A DNA stretch of 64,000 nucleotides. It comes from Eledone cirrhosa. Lineage: Eukaryota. This document shows, piece by piece, positions 41,971-53,518 of this stretch. The notes under the pieces are model-generated. The model made no database searches. It was given only the letters and a program-made list of their open reading frames with translations, and was not told the DNA's origin. The translations under genes were made by a program, and so were the position numbers. The stretch's first letter is position 1; every line of letters starts with the position of its first letter. The stretch spans positions 204,228,001-204,292,000 of the forward strand of contig OZ024743.1 in NCBI GenBank assembly GCA_964016885.1, read 5' to 3'.

Positions 41971-42225
41971 TTATATATATATATATACGATATTAATAAA
42001 TGGAAACTATATTTATAAAACCCTATTTATTTCATTATACATATTTCAGGGATACCTGAATTTAATTTGGTATCCCTGAAATATGTATAATGAAATAAAT
42101 ATGGTTTTATAAATATAGTTTCCATTTATTAATATCATATATCTACTCCAAATACTTGTCGAGTGCTTTATATCAGTTATAAAAATATTTACTTGTTGTA
42201 TCCCAACAATTTTAAATAGAACTTT

Positions 42226-42263
<38 letters not shown>

Positions 42264-42371
42264 AAAGTTCTATTTAAAATTGTTGGGATAGAATAAGTAA
42301 ATATATAACATTCTTGCATAGTGACCAGCGAAACTGTACAGTCAGGACGATAGAAAAAAATAGGTATATAG

Positions 42372-42560
42372 GGCGGTGGATTGGCAGTATCGGTAGAGGG
42401 TCGGACGCCATGCTTTCCAGCATAGTTACGTCCCTTTACCATCTGAGTTCAAATCCCGCCGAGGTTGACTTTGCCTTTCATCCTTACGGGGTCGATAAAA
42501 TAAAGTACCAGTAATGCACTGGTAATTGCTGGCCTTGTGCCTAAAGTAGAAACAATTATT
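42372..42560 (+). mobile_element. tRNA-derived SINE with a Meta/Sauria-like central domain
   Basis: A-box tggcagtatcgg, B-box gagttcaaatccc, gactttgcctttcatccttacggggtcgataaaataaagtacc, A/T tail. Confidence 0.8.
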
Positions 42561-43021
42561 CCTTTTTATAATATTTTACATAACTCTGATATTGTGTCAA
42601 TTTAATTATTTCGATTATTTTGTCTCTCATAATCATAGAGTAACACTGGTTAAGTTCGACAACATACAATCTCACATACTTGTGAAAAATGTATGTTTAT
42701 ATATACATGTATATGTATGTATACACATATATTTGTATACCTCTCATTATTGTCTCTAACTCCCTCACGGTAGAGTAACCACGGAAGTATAGTGACTGCT
42801 TTCAAGCAAACACTATATACACTTCTAGTCAACCTTACCACCCCTCTGTAGCCTATGTATCATATCAATATCTCCCTCCGCCTTCTGAAATATTTTCACT
42901 GCTACAAGGGATTAATACCCTTTCTTGACCGGTGTATCACGTGATAGAGTCTCCCTCCGCCTTTCTGAGATTTTCTCGCATGCTACGGACGTATGTAGTT
43001 AGGGCTCTTCCCTGAGGTGCT

Positions 43022-43110
43022 CCCTTGATAAGCTGGCTTACCTCACAACAATGTTGTATATCTATGATATAACATTCTTGCATAGTGACCAGCGAAACTG
43101 TACAGTAGGT
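43022..43110 (+). ncRNA. Hammerhead ribozyme, U3-A8 variant; partial second copy at 42303-42346
   Basis: cc-TTGATAA-gctgg...ccagc-GAAAC-tgtaca-GTA-gg. Confidence 0.7.
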
Positions 43111-43137
43111 ATATTGTATCTATTATTCCTTTTTATA

Positions 43138-43190
<53 letters not shown>

Positions 43191-43363
43191 CGTCCCGTCA
43201 CGCACAAGGCGCCAAGGTACGCATGTATTGTCCAACCAAGTGCCAGTGTGGTTCAATGGCGGGTTAATAAATTAACGAGCCAGAACAAATATAAACAAGG
43301 TTTAGTAAATAATGAAAAAGTTTCAAAATAAATTTTAAAAAATTGACTTTACCTACTATAGTT

Positions 43364-43447
43364 ACCTTTACCGATCGGTTTCGAATCCCAAAAATAAAAC
43401 GGAGGCCATACGGCCTTCGTTGCAAAGAGAGATTCTCGTCAGAAGGT
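43364..43447 (-). ncRNA. Type I hammerhead ribozyme (left arm)
   Basis: acctt-CTGACGA-gaatc...gattc-GAAAC-cgatcg-GTA-aaggt. Confidence 0.85.
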
Positions 43448-43784
43448 TCTTTTCATTCAAAGAATATAAAATTCCTGAATTTAAATCACAAACTAACGCT
43501 ATCAAAGACTGTTCCTGGGATGAGAGTGGATGATGTAGAACAGGTTTGTGACGGGAAGTATTTCATATTACTACTACCTCCACAAACGTTGAGAACAAAC
43601 AGGGTCATTCCGACTGCTGCTGATAACAGCGGTGGCTAGTTTGACCTACCTCCTTTTGCCTCTATCTTTACTACGGCCCTTGATAAACCTGTTCTACATC
43701 ATCCACTCTCATCCCAGGAACAGTCTTTGATAGCGCTAGTTTGTGATTTAAATTCAGGAATTTTATATTCTTTGAATGAAAAGA

Positions 43785-43868
43785 ACCTTCTGACGAGAAT
43801 CTCTCTTTGCATCGAAGGCCGTATGGCCTCCGTTTTATTTTTGGGATTCGAAACCGATCGGTAAAGGT
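43785..43868 (+). ncRNA. Type I hammerhead ribozyme (right arm)
   Basis: acctt-CTGACGA-gaatc...gattc-GAAAC-cgatcg-GTA-aaggt. Confidence 0.85.
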
Positions 43869-43935
43869 AACTATAGTAGGTAAAGTCAATTTTTTAAAAT
43901 TTATTTTGAAACTTTTTCATTATTTAATAAACCTT

Positions 43936-43972
<37 letters not shown>

Positions 43973-43989
43973 TATAAAAAGGAATAACA

Positions 43990-44481
43990 CGCACTAACAC
44001 GCAACCACAACCCCACCAAACTATCCAGGATTCTACTGCAAAACATAAAAATAGTTGTAACTGCACCAAACCAGGTACGTGCCCACTGAATAACCAGTGC
44101 CTAGCACGCAATATTGTCTACCGGTGTACAATAAATTCCGGGACCAACAAATGGTATTACGTCGGATGTACCGCAACTTCTTTCAAGGCTCGCCTATACC
44201 AACATCGATCTTCGATCAGGCACCAGAAAATGCGCTCCGTAACAACCCTCGCCGATAAAGCCTGGCAGCTTCGGAGGAACAATCAAGCGTTCTCCCTTGA
44301 TTGGCAAATTATTGCAGCTGCGCCTGCATATCAGCAAAATCACCGATTCTGCAAGTTATGCAATTTAGAGATATACTGCATTTTAACGTCGGTAAACAAA
44401 CTTTTGAACAGCAAAATTGAACGTTCTCTATACTGTAACCATCGTTTGAAAACGACTTTTTCTTTTTTTAAATGCATATAA
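43990..44481 (+). pseudogene. 5'-truncated copy 0: GIY-YIG domain only
   Basis: CNCTKPGTCPLNNQC..IVYRC..YYVGCT..CKLC. Confidence 0.9.
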
Positions 44482-44891
44482 TGTTACCTTTTTACACCAA
44501 CGTTTGCAAATTTCTGTCTTATATGTTTATAAACAAGATATGGCTTTCTATAATAATAGTACTAAACACTGTTTTTCTGGACCCCTTTAGAAATAACCTG
44601 CTACTATAATAGCCCTAATAACTTGTCTGTGACACTGTACCACTTTGACCCCTTTAACTAAATTTTGTCCGAACAACACCACTAGAAGAATCTACTTCCC
44701 AGCCAACCTTAGCACGCCTCATTAAGCTAACTGCTGCAAAAACATTCTCTCTTCATAATCTCTACTAGTCTGACAGTCTTATATCCTAAGACGCCCTCCA
44801 CCTTACTCACTTCCCTCTTCCCCTTCTCTTCCTACCTCCTTCTTTATCTTTTATCTAGTGTATAAAATATTTTCATATCATTCTAATACAA

Positions 44892-45008
44892 AGGTCTGAT
44901 GACATGGTGTGTTGGCTTACAGTGTACCTTCGGTTTATGATAATATTTGTGTATTATTCAAATAGCGAGGTATAGGTAACTCAATCACTATAGAAACAAT
45001 TGTTACCT
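44892..45008 (+). ncRNA. Type I hammerhead ribozyme with ~90-nt stem II (pLTR, copy 0)
   Basis: aggt-CTGATGA-[long hairpin]-GAAAC-aatt-GTT-acct-AATAAA. Confidence 0.8.
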
Positions 45009-45215
45009 AATAAATTCTATATACCCGCATTTCCATTTCGTAAATTTTTTCTCCATATTTTCTCCGGATTTTAAAACACACTTTATTATACGTTGAGCAA
45101 TCTCTGACGTCAGTTGACTCCATCCAATGCAACTACTTAGTAACATTGGAATACAAATTAACTAATTCTTCACACTCCTTTACAGTTGAGCAACCTATCA
45201 ACCCGCGTCTTTGAA

Positions 45216-47498
45216 ATGGAAAAACATCATTGTGGTATGTCCTTAAAAAACATATCCATTCTGGGTAAAAAGGATTACATTCTTGGTATGATACAAACGA
45301 CCAAAGAATTTATTCGGCGGATTAGATGGAAGGCCTTCCACTTCGATAGGAAAAGGATTACACAAACTTCGGACACCAACAACGAGAAGTTTGGTTTCAA
45401 ATCCTACAAAAACCCACCCTCTAACCCTCTTTTGGATTCTTTCGAACAGGACTTAATGAAAATGATAACCGGAATCAAATTTACAAACGGAAGGAAAAAC
45501 GAACTGCAACGAGATATTAAAACTCTACTCAACAACCTAAGGAATACCAAAGGAATTATCATAAAGGCAGACAAAACTTCGAATCTATACACCCTGGATG
45601 TAGAAACTTATAACAATTTTATACGTAAGGAATTACATAGGAAGTACAAAAAAACAAACGCAACTACACTAACCAACATTAATAACGCAGCATGTGATAT
45701 TGTTAGGAAACTGAAAATTGACGACAGAACGGTACCCCTATCCCCAGCTACACCGACTTTTAATCTGAAGGACCATAAGGATAACTTCGATACTAACCCT
45801 AAAATTAGATTAATATGTCCTTCAAAGTCCGATATAGGTAGAATTAGTAAGTACATATTAGATCGTATTATCCCCCAAGTTAAGGCTAAGGTAGATATTA
45901 AATTATGGGGTAATACTCATCAGGCAATAAGATGGTTCAATAACATTAGGGACAAAAACAAATCTTCTTTTATTCAATTCGATATAGATGAATACTATTC
46001 CTCTATTTCACCCGAAACCCTGCATAAGGCCCTCTCTTTCGCTAAGACTAACTCGGACCTCACAAACGAGGAAATTAATATTATACTTGAAGCTAGACGC
46101 ACAGTAGTGCACTTTGAAAATAGTTATTGGGTCCGCAGGGATAGACCCTCGGAATTCGACATTACGATGGGTTCTAATGATTAGGCGGAGGTCACGGATT
46201 TGGTTGGGATCTATATAGCCCATAGACTCCAGAGCGAATTTACGGACCTCCACGGCGGAATATACCGCGACGATACACTTCTATTAGTCAAGAATATGAA
46301 CAAACAAAACCTAGAAAGGCGACGTAAAAACATTAGGAAACTTTTCTTAGAACTAGGGCTTAATATTACCTTCGAACACAATCTTAAGGTGGTCAACTTC
46401 TTGGATGTCACCTTCAACCTTAATAACGGTAATATAGAGCCATTTCACAAACTTAATGAAAATCTTAAGTACGTTAATGTAAAATCGAACCATCCTCATT
46501 CCATTATTAAATCTATCCCTAAAAATATATCCATAAGGATCTCCCGACTGTCGTCTAATTTGCAGACCTTCAACGAGCATGCTGAATATTATAATGACGC
46601 ACTTAGAAAAGCTGGTTACTGCGAGAAAATTGAATATCTAGACGATAACCACTTAAGTACTATGAATAAAACACATCTAAGTCGAACTAGTATTGCACCA
46701 CACACACACATCAATAGGCATACTAACAGGTGCAAACCAGCAAATAGAGTCAGACGTAGAGAGTACATATGGTATAACCCCGTGTACAATTCTTCTATTA
46801 GCACTAAGATTATCTCACAATTCTATACACTAATCAATAAACACTTTACAACTTCACATAAATACTATAAAATCTTTAACTCGCGCACCATTAGACTCTC
46901 ATACTCCACTGCACCTAACATAGAACAACTAATTAGAAAACTTAACTCAGCAATACTGAATAAGTACATCCCTAATGACTCAGCGCACCAGCATAGCAAC
47001 ATACAACGCACTAACACGCAACCACAACCCCACCAAACTATCCAGGATTCTACTGCAAAACATAAAAATAGTTGTAACTGCACCAAACCAGGTACGTGCC
47101 CACCGAATAACCAGTGCCTAGCACGCAATATTGTCTACCGGTGTACAATAAATTCCGGGACCAACAAATGGTATTACGTCGGATGTACCGCAACTTCTTT
47201 CAAGGCTCGCCTATACCAACATCGATCTTCGATCAGGCACCAGAAAATGCGCTCCGTAACAACCCTCGCCGATAAAGCCTGGAAGCTTCGGAGGAACAAT
47301 CAAGCGTTCTCCCGTGATTGGCAAATTATTGCAGCTGCGCCTGCATATCAGCAAAATCATCGATTCTGCAAGTTATGCAATTTAGAGATATACTGCATTT
47401 TAACGTCGGTAAACAAACTTTTGAACAGCAAAATTGAACGTTCTCTATACTGTAACTATCGTTTGAAAACGACTTTTTCTTTTTTTAAATGCATATAA
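45216..47498 (+). pseudogene. Copy 1 RT + GIY-YIG with premature TAG at 46182-46184 (TCG to TAG)
   Basis: Same frame as copies 2 and 3 apart from the nonsense change. Confidence 0.95.
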
Positions 47499-47894
47499 TG
47501 TTACCTTTTTACACCAACGTTTGCAAATTTCTGTCTTATATGTTTATAAACAAGATATGGCTTTCTATAATAATAGTACTAAACACTGTTTTTCTGGACC
47601 CCTTTAGAAATAACCTGCTACTATAATAGCCCTAATAACTTGTCTGTGACACTGTACCACTTTGACCCCTTTAACTAAATTTTGTCCGAACAACACCACT
47701 AGAAGAATCTACTTCCCAGCCAACCTTAGCACGCCTCATTAAGCTAACTGCTGCAAAAACATTCTCTCTTCACCATCTCTACTAGTCTTATATCCTCCCT
47801 CCACCTTACTCACTTCCCTCTTCCCCTTCTCTTCCTACCTCCTTCTTTATCTTTTATCTAGTGTATAAAATATTTTCATATCATTCTAATACAA

Positions 47895-48011
47895 AGGTCT
47901 GATGACATGGTGTGTTGGCTTACAGTGTACCTTCGGTTTATGATAATATTTGTGTATTATTCAAATAGCGAGGTATAGGTAACTCAATCACTATAGAAAC
48001 AATTGTTACCT
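47895..48011 (+). ncRNA. Hammerhead ribozyme (pLTR, copy 1)
   Basis: Same as 44892-45008. Confidence 0.8.
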
Positions 48012-48218
48012 AATAAATTCTATATACCCGCATTTCCATTTCGTAAATTTTTTCTCCATATTTTCTCCGGATTTTAAAACACACTTTATTATACGTTGAG
48101 CAATCTCTGACGTCAGTTGACTCCATCCAATGCAACTACTTAGTAACATTGGAATACAAATTAACTAATTCTTCACACTCCTTTACAGTTGAGCAACCTA
48201 TCAACCCGCGTCTTTGAA

Positions 48219-50501
48219 ATGGAAAAACATCATTGTGGTATGTCCTTAAAAAACATATCCATTCTGGGTAAAAAGGATTACATTCTTGGTATGATACAAA
48301 GGACCAAAGAATTTATTCGGCGGATTAGATGGAAGGCCTTCCACTTCGATAGGAAAAGGATTACACAAACTTCGGACACCAACAACGAGAAGTTTGGTTT
48401 CAAATCCTACAAAAACCCACCCTCTAACCCTCTTTTGGATTCTTTCGAACAGGACTTAATGAAAATGATAACCGGAATCAAATTTACAAACGGAAGGAAA
48501 AACGAACTGCAACGAGATATTAAAACTCTACTCAACAACCTAAGGAATACCAAAGGAATTATCATAAAGGCAGGCAAAACTTCGAATCTATACACCCTGG
48601 ATGTAGAAACTTATAACAATTTTATACGTAAGGAATTACATAGGAAGTACAAAAAAACAAACGCAACTACACTAACCAACATTAATAACGCAGCATGTGA
48701 TATTGTTAGGAAACTGAAAATTGACGACAGAACGGTACCCCTATCCCCAGCTACACCGACTTTTAATCTGAAGGACCATAAGGATAACTTCGATACTAAC
48801 CCTAAAATTAGATTAATATGTCCTTCAAAGTCCGATATAGGTAGAATTAGTAAGTACATATTAGATCGTATTATCCCCCAAGTTAAGGCTAAGGTAGATA
48901 TTAAATTATGGGGTAATACTCATCAGGCAATAAGATGGTTCAATAACATTAGGGACAAAAACAAATCTTCTTTTATTCAATTCGATATAGATGAATACTA
49001 TTCCTCTATTTCACCCGAAACCCTGCATAAGGCCCTCTCTTTCGCTAAGACTAACTCGGACCTCACAAACGAGGAAATTAATATTATACTTGAAGCTAGA
49101 CGCACAGTAGTGCACTTTGAAAATAGTTATTGGGTCCGCAGGGATAGACCCTCGGAATTCGACATTACGATGGGTTCTAATGATTCGGCGGAGGTCACGG
49201 ATTTGGTTGGGATCTATATAGCCCATAGACTCCAGAGCGAATTTACGGACCTCCACGGCGGAATATACCGCGACGATACACTTCTATTAGTCAAGAATAT
49301 GAACAAACAAAACCTAGAAAGGCGACGTAAAAACATTAGGAAACTTTTCTTAGAACTAGGGCTTAATATTACCTTCGAACACAATCTTAAGGTGGTCAAC
49401 TTCTTGGATGTCACCTTCAACCTTAATAACGGTAATATAGAGCCATTTCACAAACTTAATGAAAATCTTAAGTACGTTAATGTAAAATCGAACCATCCTC
49501 ATTCCATTATTAAATTAATCCCTAAAAATATATCCATAAGGATCTCCCGACTGTCGTCTAATTTGCAGACCTTCAACGAGCATGCTGAATATTATAATGA
49601 CGCACTTAGAAAAGCTGGTTACTGCGAGAAAATTGAATATCTAGACGATAACCACTTAAGTACTATGAATAAAACACATCTAAGTCGAACTAGTATTGCA
49701 CCACACACACACATCAATAGGCATACTAACAGGTGCAAACCAGCAAATAGAGTCAGACGTAGAGAGTACATATGGTATAACCCCGTGTACAATTCTTCTA
49801 TTAGCACTAAGATTATCTCACAATTCTATACACTAATCAATAAACACTTTACAACTTCACATAAATACTATAAAATCTTTAACTCGCGCACCATTAGACT
49901 CTCATACTCCACTGCACCTAACATAGAACAACTAATTAGAAAACTTAACTCACCAATACTGAATAAGTACATCCCTAATGACTCAGCGCACCAGCATAGC
50001 AACATACAACGCACTAACACGCAACCACAACCCCACCAAACTATCCAGGATTCTACTGCAAAACATAAAAATAGTTGTAACTGCACCAAACCAGGTACGT
50101 GCCCACCGAATAACCAGTGCCTAGCACGCAATATTGTCTACCGGTGTACAATAAATTCCTGGACCAACAAATGGTATTACGTCGGATGTACCGCAACGTC
50201 TTTCAAGGCTCGCCTATACCAACATCGATCTTCGATCAGGCACCAGAAAATGCGCTCCGTAACAACCCTCGCCGATAAAGCCTGGCAGCTTCGGAGGAAC
50301 AATCAAGCGTTCTCCCTTGATTGGCAAATTATTGCAGCTGCGCCTGCATATCAGCAAAATCACCGATTCTGCAAGTTATGCAATTTAGAGATATACTGCA
50401 TTTTAACGTCGGTAAACAAACTTTTGAACAGCAAAATTGAACGTTCTCTATACTGTAACCATCGTTTGAAAACGACTTTTTCTTTTTTTAAATGCATATA
50501 A
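48219..50501 (+). CDS. Uninterrupted PLE protein (760 aa from first ATG): RT + GIY-YIG endonuclease
   Basis: SLKNI, FIRRIRWKA, QFDIDEYY, MGS, IYRDD, NFLD, SNHP, WYNP, CNC..C, IVY..YVG, CKLC. Confidence 0.95.
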   Translation: MEKHHCGMSLKNISILGKKDYILGMIQRTKEFIRRIRWKAFHFDRKRITQTSDTNNEKFGFKSYKNPPSNPLLDSFEQDLMKMITGIKFTNGRKNELQRDIKTLLNNLRNTKGIIIKAGKTSNLYTLDVETYNNFIRKELHRKYKKTNATTLTNINNAACDIVRKLKIDDRTVPLSPATPTFNLKDHKDNFDTNPKIRLICPSKSDIGRISKYILDRIIPQVKAKVDIKLWGNTHQAIRWFNNIRDKNKSSFIQFDIDEYYSSISPETLHKALSFAKTNSDLTNEEINIILEARRTVVHFENSYWVRRDRPSEFDITMGSNDSAEVTDLVGIYIAHRLQSEFTDLHGGIYRDDTLLLVKNMNKQNLERRRKNIRKLFLELGLNITFEHNLKVVNFLDVTFNLNNGNIEPFHKLNENLKYVNVKSNHPHSIIKLIPKNISIRISRLSSNLQTFNEHAEYYNDALRKAGYCEKIEYLDDNHLSTMNKTHLSRTSIAPHTHINRHTNRCKPANRVRRREYIWYNPVYNSSISTKIISQFYTLINKHFTTSHKYYKIFNSRTIRLSYSTAPNIEQLIRKLNSPILNKYIPNDSAHQHSNIQRTNTQPQPHQTIQDSTAKHKNSCNCTKPGTCPPNNQCLARNIVYRCTINSWTNKWYYVGCTATSFKARLYQHRSSIRHQKMRSVTTLADKAWQLRRNNQAFSLDWQIIAAAPAYQQNHRFCKLCNLEIYCILTSVNKLLNSKIERSLYCNHRLKTTFSFFKCI

Positions 50502-50911
50502 TGTTACCTTTTTACACCAACGTTTGCAAATTTCTGTCTTATATGTTTATAAACAAGATATGGCTTTCTATAATAATAGTACTAAACACTGTTTTTCTGG
50601 ACCCCTTTAGAAATAACCTGCTACTATAATAGCCCTAATAACTTGTCTGTGACACTGTACCACTTTGACCCCTTTAACTAAATTTTGTCCGAAAAACACC
50701 ACTAGAAGAATCTACTTCCCAGCCAACCTTAGCACGCCTCATTAAGCTAACTGCTGCAAAAACATTCTCTCTTCACAATCTCTACTAGTCTGACAGTCTT
50801 ATATCCTAAGACTCCCTCCACCTTACTCACTTCCCTCTTCCCCTTCTCTTCCTACCTCCTTCTTTATCTTTTATCTAGTGTATAAAATATTTTCATATCA
50901 TTCTAATACAA

Positions 50912-51028
50912 AGGTCTGATGACATGGTGTGTTGGCTTACAGTGTACCTTCGGTTTATGATAATATTTGTGTATTATTCAAATAGCGAGGTATAGGTAAC
51001 TCAATCACTATAGAAACAATTGTTACCT
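50912..51028 (+). ncRNA. Hammerhead ribozyme (pLTR, copy 2)
   Basis: Same as 44892-45008. Confidence 0.8.
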
Positions 51029-51235
51029 AATAAATTCTATATACCCGCATTTCCATTTCGTAAATTTTTTCTCCATATTTTCTCCGGATTTTAAAACACA
51101 CTTTATTATACGTTGAGCAATCTCTGACGTCAGTTGACTCCATCCAATGCAACTACTTAGTAACATTGGAATACAAATTAACTAATTCTTCACACTCCTT
51201 TACAGTTGAGCAACCTATCAACCCGCGTCTTTGAA

Positions 51236-53518
51236 ATGGAAAAACATCATTGTGGTATGTCCTTAAAAAACATATCCATTCTGGGTAAAAAGGATTACAT
51301 TCTTGGTATGATACAAAGGACCAAAGAATTTATTCGGCGGATTAGATGGAAGGCCTTCCACTTCGATAGGAAAAGGATTACACAAACTTCGGACACCAAC
51401 AACGAGAAGTTTGGTTTCAAATCCTACAAAAACCCACCCTCTAACCCTCTTTTGGATTCTTTCGAACAGGACTTAATGAAAATGATAACCGGAATCAAAT
51501 TTACAAACGGAAGGAAAAACGAACTGCAACGAGATATTAAAACTCTACTCAACAACCTAAGGAATACCAAAGGAATTATCATAAAGGCAGGCAAAACTTC
51601 GAATCTATACACCCTGGATGTAGAAACTTATAACAATTTTATACGTAAGGAATTACATAGGAAGTACAAAAAAACAAACGCAACTACACTAACCAACATT
51701 AATAACGCAGCATGTGATATTGTTAGGAAACTGAAAATTGACGACAGAACGGTACCCCTATCCCCAGCTACACCGACTTTTAATCTGAAGGACCATAAGG
51801 ATAACTTCGATACTAACCCTAAAATTAGATTAATATGTCCTTCAAAGTCCGATATAGGTAGAATTAGTAAGTACATATTAGATCGTATTATCCCCCAAGT
51901 TAAGGCTAAGGTAGATATTAAATTATGGGGTAATACTCATCAGGCAATAAGATGGTTCAATAACATTAGGGACAAAAACAAATCTTCTTTTATTCAATTC
52001 GATATAGATGAATACTATTCCTCTATTTCACCCGAAACCCTGCATAAGGCCCTCTCTTTCGCTAAGACTAACTCGGACCTCACAAACGAGGAAATTAATA
52101 TTATACTTGAAGCTAGACGCACAGTAGTGCACTTTGAAAATAGTTATTGGGTCCGCAGGGATAGACCCTCGGAATTCGACATTACGATGGGTTCTAATGA
52201 TTCGGCGGAGGTCACGGATTTGGTTGGGATCTATATAGCCCATAGACTCCAGAGCGAATTTACGGACCTCCACGGCGGAATATACCGCGACGATACACTT
52301 CTATTAGTCAAGAATATGAACAAACAAAACCTAGAAAGGCGACGTAAAAACATTAGGAAACTTTTCTTAGAACTAGGGCTTAATATTACCTTCGAACACA
52401 ATCTTAAGGTGGTCAACTTCTTGGATGTCACCTTCAACCTTAATAACGGTAATATAGAGCCATTTCACAAACTTAATGAAAATCTTAAGTACGTTAATGT
52501 AAAATCGAACCATCCTCATTCCATTATTAAATTAATCCCTAAAAATATATCCATAAGGATCTCCCGACTGTCGTCTAATTTGCAGACCTTCAACGAGCAT
52601 GCTGAATATTATAATGACGCACTTAGAAAAGCTGGTTACTGCGAGAAAATTGAATATCTAGACGATAACCACTTAAGTACTATGAATAAAACACATCTAA
52701 GTCGAACTAGTATTGCACCACACACACACATCAATAGGCATACTAACAGGTGCAAACCAGCAAATAGAGTCAGACGTAGAGAGTACATATGGTATAACCC
52801 CGTGTACAATTCTTCTATTAGCACTAAGATTATCTCACAATTCTATACACTAATCAATAAACACTTTACAACTTCACATAAATACTATAAAATCTTTAAC
52901 TCGCGCACCATTAGACTCTCATACTCCACTGCACCTAACATAGAACAACTAATTAGAAAACTTAACTCAGCAATACTGAATAAGTACATCCCTAATGACT
53001 CAGCGCACCAGCATAGCAACATACAACGCACTAACACGCAACCACAACCCCACCAAACTATCCAGGATTCTACTGCAAAACATAAAAATAGTTGTAACTG
53101 CACCAAACCAGGTACGTGCCCACCGAATAACCAGTGCCTAGCACGCAATATTGTCTACCGGTGTACAATAAATTCCGGGACCAACAAATGGTATTACGTC
53201 GGATGTACCGCAACTTCTTTCAAGGCTCGCCTATACCAACATCGATCTTCGATCAGGCACCAGAAAATGCGCTCCGTAACAACCCTCGCCGATAAAGCCT
53301 GGAAGCTTCGGAGGAACAATCAAGCGTTCTCCCTTGATTGGCAAATTATTGCAGCTGCGCCTGCATATCAGCAAAATCATCGATTCTGCAAGTTATGCAA
53401 TTTAGAGATATACTGCATTTTAACGTCGGTAAACAAACTTTTGAACAGCAAAATTGAACGTTCTCTATACTGTAACTATCGTTTGAAAACGACTTTTTCT
53501 TTTTTTAAATGCATATAA
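51236..53518 (+). CDS. Uninterrupted PLE protein (760 aa from first ATG): RT + GIY-YIG endonuclease
   Basis: Same motifs as copy 2. Confidence 0.95.
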   Translation: MEKHHCGMSLKNISILGKKDYILGMIQRTKEFIRRIRWKAFHFDRKRITQTSDTNNEKFGFKSYKNPPSNPLLDSFEQDLMKMITGIKFTNGRKNELQRDIKTLLNNLRNTKGIIIKAGKTSNLYTLDVETYNNFIRKELHRKYKKTNATTLTNINNAACDIVRKLKIDDRTVPLSPATPTFNLKDHKDNFDTNPKIRLICPSKSDIGRISKYILDRIIPQVKAKVDIKLWGNTHQAIRWFNNIRDKNKSSFIQFDIDEYYSSISPETLHKALSFAKTNSDLTNEEINIILEARRTVVHFENSYWVRRDRPSEFDITMGSNDSAEVTDLVGIYIAHRLQSEFTDLHGGIYRDDTLLLVKNMNKQNLERRRKNIRKLFLELGLNITFEHNLKVVNFLDVTFNLNNGNIEPFHKLNENLKYVNVKSNHPHSIIKLIPKNISIRISRLSSNLQTFNEHAEYYNDALRKAGYCEKIEYLDDNHLSTMNKTHLSRTSIAPHTHINRHTNRCKPANRVRRREYIWYNPVYNSSISTKIISQFYTLINKHFTTSHKYYKIFNSRTIRLSYSTAPNIEQLIRKLNSAILNKYIPNDSAHQHSNIQRTNTQPQPHQTIQDSTAKHKNSCNCTKPGTCPPNNQCLARNIVYRCTINSGTNKWYYVGCTATSFKARLYQHRSSIRHQKMRSVTTLADKAWKLRRNNQAFSLDWQIIAAAPAYQQNHRFCKLCNLEIYCILTSVNKLLNSKIERSLYCNYRLKTTFSFFKCI

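Larger units (their letters stand above)
43290..43941. repeat. Inverted pair of pLTRs (~258 bp arms)
   Basis: 43290-43548 is the reverse complement of 43685-43941. Confidence 0.95.

Noticed and set aside
42372-42470. tRNA gene
   Set aside because: A/B boxes belong to a SINE head; no cloverleaf, and it continues into a SINE body
43343-43889. Twin ORFs MTLPTIVTFTDRF on opposite strands
   Set aside because: Antisense readings of the inverted HHR-bearing pLTR; non-ATG start, no motifs
46182-46184. Selenocysteine recoding in the Naiad-type PLE (reported for some Naiads)
   Set aside because: The stop is TAG replacing Ser TCG, sister copies are open, there is no in-frame TGA, and no clear SECIS quartet was seen
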